A stretch of DNA of 6,175 bases from an uncultured archaeon (GCA_964354495.1 CAYHAA010000042.1:1-6175), one strand, 5' to 3'. Positions 1 through 5,903 are shown, counted from the stretch's first letter. Made by a program: numbers and translations. The notes: a model not told the origin generated them from the letters alone.

Positions 1-93
1 TGACACGTACCTGACCTCGCAGAGTCCACCCAGTGCCGTTTCCTGGGGGTACAACGCTCTGGTGTCCAAGATTGTACAACTTACAATGAACGG

Positions 94-1680
94 TCAAGTG
101 ACAGAGAGCGGTTTCTTTCTATGCTTTGAGAGAAACACGATTGTGATCGCAGTTAGCGCCACCACTGTACCAACAACGAGAATACCGATATCTGCTCCTG
201 CTGCTCCAGTGATTGTGAATTTGCAGACGAACATGTCAAAGTCACCACCCTTGTACTCATCCTGGTACGGGTCGACCAAGGGGAAGTTGTGACTGGAGCT
301 TGTGTGACCATAGATGATGATGCTGTTAGTCCTGCCGTCTAGAGCTGAGCCAAAACTATAGTCTGCTCCTGACCCGCCAAAGTAGGAAGCGAATTGGGTC
401 AATTGACCGCTCTCCGTCATCTTGCAGATGAATGCCTCGTGGAGTCCGTTGTATGACTGATACGGACTAAGTGTGGGAAGGTCACCTGATGATGTGCATC
501 CGGTGATGACCAGGTCTCCATTATTGTCCTCTACAATTCCAAGAACGCCATCATAACTACTGCCTCCGTAAAAAGTTGAGAAGTCTATTGAATAGTCTAC
601 TCCATCTATCCTTGACGCAAATCCATCCGTTTCGCCTCCAGCATAGTCTGACTGAAACGCTTCCACCAAAGGAAAAGAGATAGAATTGGTCTCACCAACG
701 AAGAGTATGTTGTCATTCCTGTCTACAGACAACTCAGTCAATCCCCACTGTCTATTCCCGCCGTAGTAGCTGCTGAAGAGCAGTTCCTGGCCATCTGCAC
801 TCAATTTGCTTACGTAGTTGTCAAAGACGCTAGTGCTCCTGTTACATAGACTGTGTGCCTGAGGAAAATCATCTGAGTCTGTATATCCTGAGACGATGAT
901 ATTGCCTGCAGAATCAAGAGTCATGCTCCTTATGTTCTCAAATCCACTTCCGCCAAGAAAGGTAGAGAAGATGACTGACTGGCCGTCAGGGCTTATCTTC
1001 GTTACAAAAGCATCTTCTAGATCACTTTTATTTGGTTGGTAGGTATTTACTGTAGCTGACAGTTCCTCGATGTCTGTACTACCTGCAAGAATGATGTTAT
1101 CAGATGCATCTATTCCCAGATCGACAACCCAAGCACTTGTTCCACTGATGTAAGTTGAAAAATGGAGCTCCTGCCCATCAGAGCTGAACTTGGCAAGAAA
1201 GACTTCTCTTACACTTGTGCTTCTATCAGTCTTGATGGCATTCTTCAGCGGGAGCTCAGAGCTATCAGTTGTACCTGCGATAATGATGTCATCATTGCTA
1301 TCGACTGCGACAGTATAGATGTATTCATTGGCACTTCCACCAAAGAAGGTGGAGAACAGTAGTTCTTGGCCATCCGGACTGAGCTTTATGATCACTCCGT
1401 CATCAGACCCATTCTTTGTCGGTTGATAGGCGTTCAAGACTGGGAAGTCTGAAGAAGGGCTCTTTGAGGCCAGCACAATATTCCCCTGTGAGTCGATTGC
1501 GACTCTTCCAGTACCATCTTCACCGTTTCCACCAAGAAGAGTTGAGAATTCAATGTTCAGAGGACTACTGCTTGCCGTCTCAGTAGTAGCGACGACTCCG
1601 GTCGAAATCAGAAGAGGAGTCAACACCACCAATACCGAAAGAACTGAGAACAGCTCTGCCTTTCGTCTCATGACCATCAC
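94..1680 (-). CDS. Secreted, C-terminally membrane-anchored seven-bladed beta-propeller protein (SBBP-type repeats), paralogue A
   Basis: 528-aa ORF. N-terminal basic + hydrophobic signal peptide (MRRKAELFSVLSVLVVLTPLLISTGVVA|TTE). Seven ~63-aa repeats with consensus FST(Y/F)xGGxxx(D/E)...(V/I)DxxxNIxxxGxTxSxD(F/L)P...D(A/G)FxxKxSxDGQxLx. C-terminal hydrophobic helix IGILVVGTVVALTAITIVFL followed by the basic tail SKHRKK. The start is ambiguous (GTG 1680, ATG 1677 or ATG 1671); SD-like GGAG (1689-1686) and GGTGAT (1681-1676) lie on the minus strand. The family name comes from motif recognition, not a search. Confidence 0.9.
   Translation of the reverse strand: MMVMRRKAELFSVLSVLVVLTPLLISTGVVATTETASSSPLNIEFSTLLGGNGEDGTGRVAIDSQGNIVLASKSPSSDFPVLNAYQPTKNGSDDGVIIKLSPDGQELLFSTFFGGSANEYIYTVAVDSNDDIIIAGTTDSSELPLKNAIKTDRSTSVREVFLAKFSSDGQELHFSTYISGTSAWVVDLGIDASDNIILAGSTDIEELSATVNTYQPNKSDLEDAFVTKISPDGQSVIFSTFLGGSGFENIRSMTLDSAGNIIVSGYTDSDDFPQAHSLCNRSTSVFDNYVSKLSADGQELLFSSYYGGNRQWGLTELSVDRNDNILFVGETNSISFPLVEAFQSDYAGGETDGFASRIDGVDYSIDFSTFYGGSSYDGVLGIVEDNNGDLVITGCTSSGDLPTLSPYQSYNGLHEAFICKMTESGQLTQFASYFGGSGADYSFGSALDGRTNSIIIYGHTSSSHNFPLVDPYQDEYKGGDFDMFVCKFTITGAAGADIGILVVGTVVALTAITIVFLSKHRKKPLSVT
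214..1548 (-). repeat. Seven protein-level beta-propeller repeats in paralogue A
   Basis: Repeat starts: FSTLLGG, FSTFFGG, FSTYISG, FSTFLGG, FSSYYGG, FSTFYGG, FASYFGG (about aa 45-489, ~63 aa each). I saw no long identical repeats at DNA level. Confidence 0.88.
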
Positions 1681-1697
1681 CGATTCTCCAGAGTTGA

Positions 1698-3290
1698 CTA
1701 TCCTGCTCTCTTTCGAACGAACAGCAGGAGCACGACAACAGCTATTATTCCGACTGCTATGCCGACTTCCACGAGGCCCGGTGTATACCCGGCTGGTGGA
1801 ATGTCTATCAGGCCGTGCAGGTCTATCTTCATGACGAACATGTCATTGTCTCCAGCATAGGTCCCCTGATAGGCCTCACAGATTGGAAAATCAGCAGACC
1901 CAGAGTAGCCAACGACAACGTAGCTGTCATCCGAGTGCCAGGCGACTCCGATGCCAATATCGTGATGACCTCCTCCATACGTCGTTGACAAGAGAAGCGA
2001 ACCATCCTGACTCAGCACGATTAGTGACACGTTTCTATACAACGACTCTGTCGTGATGACGGGGATAGTTGTCGGAAAATCGAACGAACTAGTCTCTCCT
2101 GTGACTATGATACGATCCTGTGAATCTGTCGTGATGGCATTACCATAGTCAGATGATGAGCCGCCCAGGTATGTACTGAAGACAACGCTCTGTCCGTTCG
2201 GAGTGAATCTCGTGATGAACATCTCGAAGGACCCTGCCCGCTCATCTTGGTAAGCATTCAATGTCGGAAAATCATCTGACGCTGTAAAGCCAGTGATCAC
2301 AGCATTGTCCTGACTGTCCACTGCAAGGTCATTTCCCCATTCTTCACCCGACCCTCCCAAGAAAGTGAAGTACACGAGAGTCCCATTTGTTCTGAACTTG
2401 GCCAGGAATGCATCTGAGCTCCCACCTGCATGTTCCTCTTGATAGGCACCCTCTGTTGCAAGCTCTCCACTTGCGGCCATTCCTGCGAGCAAGACGTTTC
2501 CCTGCGAATCGAAGGCAACCCTTCGCCCGTGGTCAATTCCCGAAGTGCCCAGATATGTGGAAAAGAGCAGACTCTGTCCATCTGCCTCGAGTAATGAGAC
2601 GAATATGTCGAGAGTGCCAGAGTTCGTACTCTGATGGGCATTCAGTAATGGAAGATTCGTGGACTCAGTTGTCCCCGAGATGGCTATCCGGTCATTGGAA
2701 TCGACATTCATGGTGTAGCACCAATCACTCCCAGTGCCTCCAAAGTACGTGGAGAACAGGAGGGACTGGCCGTTCTCCGAGAACTTGGTGATGAAACAAT
2801 CAGCATTCCCTTCTGAGCCACCAGTGAAGTTCGATTGAAGCGGATTCATCAGCGGTAAGTCGGAAGACCCTGTGACCCCTGCTATTATGATGTTATCCTC
2901 GGAATCGACAGCCACGTCCGTGATCAATTCTTGAGCAGACCCACCGAAGTACGTTGAGAAGATCAGTGAGCCATTGGGACGGAACTTCGAGATGGTACTG
3001 TCGCTATAGCCATTGAGATGGTCTTGAAAGGCATCTCTCAATGGAAAGTCCGTGGACGTTGTCCGACCGACCATAATGATATTGCCCTCTGAGTCGACGA
3101 TGGCGCTTCCAAAAGCATATGATATTTGCTCGATCTGCTCATCACCGGTACCTCCCAGGAAGGTCGAGAAATCGATTCGTTCAGTCAAATCATTCTCCGT
3201 GGTTGCATTTGCCTGCGAGAATGCTCCCACAAAGAGAAGCATCAGAAGCACGATGAGTGCTGTATCTCTAATCACTCTTTGATTCATCAT
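1698..3290 (-). CDS. Secreted, C-terminally membrane-anchored seven-bladed beta-propeller protein (SBBP-type repeats), paralogue B
   Basis: The track ORF is 1698..3329 with a TTG start. I prefer ATG 3290 (or 3287), giving 530 aa, because it puts the signal peptide (MMNQRVIRDTALIVLLMLLFVGAFSQANA|TTE) at the N-terminus and the TTG lies inside the AT-rich palindrome. It has seven repeats like paralogue A, a Pro/Gly linker (IDIPPAGYTPG), the TM helix LVEVGIAVGIIAVVVLLLFV and the basic tail RKRAG. Its stop is only 17 nt from the paralogue A start, consistent with an operon. Confidence 0.9.
   Translation of the reverse strand: MMNQRVIRDTALIVLLMLLFVGAFSQANATTENDLTERIDFSTFLGGTGDEQIEQISYAFGSAIVDSEGNIIMVGRTTSTDFPLRDAFQDHLNGYSDSTISKFRPNGSLIFSTYFGGSAQELITDVAVDSEDNIIIAGVTGSSDLPLMNPLQSNFTGGSEGNADCFITKFSENGQSLLFSTYFGGTGSDWCYTMNVDSNDRIAISGTTESTNLPLLNAHQSTNSGTLDIFVSLLEADGQSLLFSTYLGTSGIDHGRRVAFDSQGNVLLAGMAASGELATEGAYQEEHAGGSSDAFLAKFRTNGTLVYFTFLGGSGEEWGNDLAVDSQDNAVITGFTASDDFPTLNAYQDERAGSFEMFITRFTPNGQSVVFSTYLGGSSSDYGNAITTDSQDRIIVTGETSSFDFPTTIPVITTESLYRNVSLIVLSQDGSLLLSTTYGGGHHDIGIGVAWHSDDSYVVVGYSGSADFPICEAYQGTYAGDNDMFVMKIDLHGLIDIPPAGYTPGLVEVGIAVGIIAVVVLLLFVRKRAG
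1821..3170 (-). repeat. Seven protein-level beta-propeller repeats in paralogue B
   Basis: Repeat starts: FSTFLGG, FSTYFGG, FSTYFGG, FSTYLGT, YFTFLGG, FSTYLGG, LSTTYGG (~64 aa each). Confidence 0.88.
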
Positions 3291-3387
3291 TTCAAAAGCA
3301 TCCTTTTTAGGTAGAGTTATATTTCTCAATTTTCATAATTTAGAAAATATACCTTGTCATCCACGCAAGAGTTCGATTGATATAGCG
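3291..3387. promoter_or_regulatory. Divergent promoter region containing a 25-bp imperfect palindrome (3322-3346)
   Basis: AT-rich spacer between head-to-head genes. TTTCTCAATTTTCATAATTTAGAAA matches its own reverse complement at 20 of 25 positions. The mutually complementary TATATTT (3318-3324) and AAATATA (3345-3351) overlap its ends. The exact TATA boxes cannot be assigned uniquely. Confidence 0.6.
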
Positions 3388-4488
3388 ATGACCACGGAAG
3401 GATGGATGGAACCGATGAAGCAAGCCGAATCACTGTCAGAGAAGTCAAAGGAGATCGAGCAAGAGACACTCACGTTCTACAAGACGGTCGGTAGAATGGT
3501 CAACCTAAACCCGAGAGCCACGGAGGTCTTCGCCTATCTCAGAATCTATGATGCCCTGAGCCAAGAGCAACTTCAACAACTGACAGGATCCTCTCTAGGT
3601 GCTATTTCGGCAATACTGCAGGCGTTTCTTCAGGCAGATATCTTAAGTCGTAGGCTGATTCCAAAGACACACAAGAACCTGTATAGCATTAGACCAGATA
3701 GAGTGCGCTTTGTCTATACTCCATCTACTCAGATCCTTGAGGACCTTGAGAAACTTGATTCATTCATGGTCGCGAAGCAGACAGAGCTTCAGAAGCCACG
3801 GAATGAGCACCCGATTGAGACTGAGTTCCTACACCGGCGACTCAACAGCCTCCGCAACTATGTCGAGGCTCAACGACGACAGATCAACAGAGCGGCGAAA
3901 CACTCCTTCCTTCAGGAAGATGTCTCTGACCTCCTTCCCCCGAACGAGATGGTAGACTATCCATTTGACACGCGAGAACTGGAAGAGAATCTAATGGATG
4001 CCTGGGGCTATTTCAAGAATGACCCCGTAAAGAATCGATTACTGAGTATCTTGTATATTCATCGGAGTATCGACCAACAGACCTTGATGGATATGTCAGG
4101 TTTCTCACGCAGCACGGTCTCTCGGTTTCTGCATCAGGAACTCAAGAGGGACTATATCCGTATTTTACCGAGAGAGTATCGAAGACCAAGAATCTACTGT
4201 ATGGAGTCTATCTCGTTGAGCATACTCTCTGTCGTCTTGAAGACTGATGACTTCATCTACTCAAGTGTCCCGAGATTTCAAGAAATCCTTTCCACACTTC
4301 AATCCGATAGACACTCAGGCAGAGATAGAGAAGATGCTGCTTTTCTCATAGCCAAGATCAGGGACATCATAAAGCAGATTGAGGTCTTTAGGAATGAAAC
4401 GAGATTCCTGAGACAAGCATACCTAGACCTCTCAAAGTTCCTGGAGAAGGGCGCTCGTGTAAGAGATCAGTCATTAACGGCGATGTGA
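3388..4488 (+). CDS. Transcriptional regulator with two tandem GbsR/MarR-like winged helix-turn-helix modules
   Basis: 366 aa with an internal duplication. Module 1 (~aa 20-175): KEIEQE...EVFAYLRIYDALSQEQLQQLTGSSLGAISAILQAF...KNLYSI...EFLHRRL. Module 2 (~aa 195-355): RELEEN...RLLSILYIHRSIDQQTLMDMSGFSRSTVSRFLHQE...PRIYCM...AFLIAKI. Each has an HTH, a wing and a helical tail. Alternative in-frame starts are ATG 3406 (preceded by AGGA) and 3415. Confidence 0.82.
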   Translation: MTTEGWMEPMKQAESLSEKSKEIEQETLTFYKTVGRMVNLNPRATEVFAYLRIYDALSQEQLQQLTGSSLGAISAILQAFLQADILSRRLIPKTHKNLYSIRPDRVRFVYTPSTQILEDLEKLDSFMVAKQTELQKPRNEHPIETEFLHRRLNSLRNYVEAQRRQINRAAKHSFLQEDVSDLLPPNEMVDYPFDTRELEENLMDAWGYFKNDPVKNRLLSILYIHRSIDQQTLMDMSGFSRSTVSRFLHQELKRDYIRILPREYRRPRIYCMESISLSILSVVLKTDDFIYSSVPRFQEILSTLQSDRHSGRDREDAAFLIAKIRDIIKQIEVFRNETRFLRQAYLDLSKFLEKGARVRDQSLTAM

Positions 4489-4496
4489 AGGTGAAA

Positions 4497-4559
4497 CTAG
4501 AGCACCATCTTACCTTTGTCGATAATCATCTTCTTGTCGAGCTTCACCATGGCTGCCAT
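4497..4559 (-). other. Possible 20-aa small ORF or gene remnant (MAAMVKLDKKMIIDKGKMVL)
   Basis: Read by hand: ATG at 4559, TAG at 4499-4497. It fits entirely within the intergenic gap, convergent with the regulator. It is too short to confirm and no family is recognised. Confidence 0.25.
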
Positions 4560-4594
4560 GTTGCTGCCCCGTAGCTGAATATTATGAAATCTCT

Positions 4595-4609
4595 CTAAAG
4601 GCTTAAGTA
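4595..4609 (+). promoter_or_regulatory. Archaeal BRE/TATA-like promoter for the gene at 4639
   Basis: CTAAAGGC-TTAAGTA: an A-rich element followed by a TTAA-type TATA box (4603-4609), about 30 nt before GTG 4639. This spacing fits an archaeal promoter with a very short leader. Confidence 0.6.
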
Positions 4610-4638
4610 TCAGCTTGCGAAATCCTCAGTAGTCTTGC

Positions 4639-5505
4639 GTGGTAACGATTGTGATATCCAAGAACCGGAGAATTACGGGCGCCATCCTTGCAGTGGGATT
4701 GATAGCAGTCTTAATTGTGGTCATCGTGCCTCTCGCACTCTCTCCTACGTGCGATATTGTTGGTCCGTATTACCACAGAATCCACTCTGCCACATCGGTC
4801 AATGGCTTGAGTTGGACTGCCAATACTACCGTGATCTTTGACCATGCCTCTGTTCCTGGAGGCGTGTATTTTGATGGCAAGATCTATCTCTATTTTGTCA
4901 ATGCAGCATGCGGTGAGAAACTGAGTGTGGCCATCAGCGATGATTACGGTGCTAGCTTTGAAGTGTATGATGTGGTGATCTCAGGGTCGCATAGCCCGCG
5001 TCCTGTCGATCCGAACCCAATAGTGGATGGCGCACTAATACGGCTCACCTATCTCGGGAACTTAGGAGAAGACCCAGCTAATATTGTGACCGCCCACTCG
5101 TCCGATGGGATCAACTTCGTCGAAGATGCGATTCTGCTTAGTGAGAGCCACATCACAGATCCGGACCTATTTCAGTACAGCCCAAGTGAGTGGGTTCTGT
5201 TTGTGGACCAAGGGAGCACTCTGCTGAAAGCCAATGGTAGTTCAATAACAATGCCCCTCGTAAGAGATAACACCTTTAATTCCACGGGCATACTCTGTTC
5301 GACACATTACATCGATGGCAAATTCCACACCTATTATCTCGGTTCGAACGGGATCTCAGTGGCGGAATACAATAGCAGTGGCCTAACAGTCCTGGCTGAA
5401 GATCTGATCACAGGATTCACCGGATTCATCGGAGATCCAACCGTGGTAGTGCTTGGTCCTGCCAACTATCTCATGTATTTCAAGCAGACCGATATCCCAC
5501 CGTAG
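4639..5505 (+). CDS. N-terminally membrane-anchored five-bladed beta-propeller protein (GH43/GH32/GH68/GH130-like fold), function unknown
   Basis: 288 aa. Basic residues plus a hydrophobic helix at about aa 9-35 (NRRITGAILAVGLIAVLIVVIVPLAL). Blade-entry motifs ASVP, VDP, TDP, LCST and GDP are each followed by hydrophobic strands (KIYLYFV, IRLTY, WVLFV, FHTYY, YLMYF). Asp-box-like turns: TSVNGLSW, SDDYGASF, SSDGINF. Four N-x-S/T sequons (N62, N199, N214, N245). The fold call is from motif recognition. Confidence 0.75.
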   Translation: MVTIVISKNRRITGAILAVGLIAVLIVVIVPLALSPTCDIVGPYYHRIHSATSVNGLSWTANTTVIFDHASVPGGVYFDGKIYLYFVNAACGEKLSVAISDDYGASFEVYDVVISGSHSPRPVDPNPIVDGALIRLTYLGNLGEDPANIVTAHSSDGINFVEDAILLSESHITDPDLFQYSPSEWVLFVDQGSTLLKANGSSITMPLVRDNTFNSTGILCSTHYIDGKFHTYYLGSNGISVAEYNSSGLTVLAEDLITGFTGFIGDPTVVVLGPANYLMYFKQTDIPP

Positions 5506-5590
5506 TAGTGTAGCTGTAAATACCTTAGTGACAAGACCACGTCTGCTTCTCTGGGCGGTACGGGAGGTACTCGGGGTGACCATCTGCTAT

Positions 5591-5619
5591 GAATGCACTT
5601 AAATATGTGAGAACACGTA
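5591..5619 (+). promoter_or_regulatory. Promoter (TATA box TTAAATA, 5599-5605) and candidate operator (5604-5619) of the TA operon
   Basis: The TATA box is centred ~26 nt upstream of ATG 5628, the spacing expected for a leaderless archaeal mRNA. The imperfect inverted repeat TAtGTG-AGAA-CACgTA overlaps and follows the TATA box. Confidence 0.6.
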
Positions 5620-5627
5620 TTTATTGT

Positions 5628-5903
5628 ATGGCGAACATAACACTCTCGATTCCTGATGATGTAAGAGAAAGGATGAGGAAGTATCCAGAGATCAAGTGGA
5701 GCGAAGTCGTACGGCGGGCCATCATCGAATACTTGGATGAGCTCACAGGTAGTGCGACACGCGACTCGACTTATTATGCCAAGATTGCGGAACGTGTAGG
5801 TATCAGGCTCGAAGAAATACCCTTGGTTGAGGCTGAACGACACTACAAAAAGATGAGGGACTTGGAATGGAAACGCCACTCTACGACACGAATGTCCTCA
5901 TAG
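5628..5903 (+). CDS. vapB: Ribbon-helix-helix (CopG/MetJ-like) antitoxin, VapB-type
   Basis: 91 aa from ATG 5628. The track start at 5589 would run through the TATA box. MANITLSIPDDVRERMRKYPEIKWSEVVRRAIIEYLDEL shows the RHH pattern (alternating strand, helix, WSEVxRxAI helix) typical of archaeal VapB-like antitoxins. It overlaps a PIN gene directly downstream. Confidence 0.85.
   Translation: MANITLSIPDDVRERMRKYPEIKWSEVVRRAIIEYLDELTGSATRDSTYYAKIAERVGIRLEEIPLVEAERHYKKMRDLEWKRHSTTRMSS

Noticed and set aside
1-96. Paralogue A frame remains open for 31 codons past its TGA (possible selenocysteine readthrough)
   Set aside because: The TGA follows a complete TM + basic tail. There is no redox motif and no recognisable SECIS, and 31 open codons can occur by chance.
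2-292. Plus-strand frame open from the window start through the track ORF 62..292
   Set aside because: It overlaps ~200 nt of the well-supported paralogue A in antisense and has no recognisable motif. It is probably a shadow frame, although a gene entering from the left cannot be excluded.
94-3290. DGR-type template/variable repeat pair, CRISPR-like repeats or recent DNA duplication within the repeat genes
   Set aside because: The similarity is at protein level with heavy synonymous divergence. I saw no near-identical copy differing only at adenines, no reverse transcriptase and no regularly spaced identical repeats.
1162-3314. Track ORFs 1162..1362, 1553..1834, 2297..2641, 2408..2791, 3052..3282 and 3126..3314
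   Set aside because: All lie largely within the SBBP genes, either antisense or out of frame. They lack domain-like features and have composition typical of shadow ORFs.
3291-3329. TTG start at 3329 for paralogue B
   Set aside because: It adds 13 polar residues ahead of the signal peptide and lies within the promoter palindrome. ATG 3290/3287 fits better.
3388-4488. Assigning the gene symbol gbsR and choline/betaine sensing
   Set aside because: Only the fold family is recognisable. The aromatic ligand cage is not evident and there are no osmolyte-related genes in the window.
4489-4494. SD-like AGGTGA immediately after the regulator stop
   Set aside because: No start codon follows at a usable spacing, and short matches like this occur by chance.
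3710-4841. Track ORFs 3710..3955 and 4635..4841
   Set aside because: Out-of-frame ORFs nested in or overlapping the regulator and five-blade genes, with no independent support.
5494-5592. Stop-codon readthrough (pyrrolysine-like) at TAG TAG after the five-blade gene, and the DIPP motif it shares with the paralogue B linker
   Set aside because: Two consecutive stops argue for real termination. The in-frame continuation (CSCKYLSDKTTSASLGGTGGTRGDHLL) has no TM helix or domain. A four-residue match is likely coincidence.
5589-5627. ATG 5589 start for the antitoxin
   Set aside because: The extension runs through the TATA box and candidate operator. The RHH strand begins at ATG 5628.
5383-5879. 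Minus-strand track ORFs 5383..5583 and 5466..5879
   Set aside because: Antisense to the five-blade gene end, the TA promoter and the antitoxin, with no recognisable motifs.
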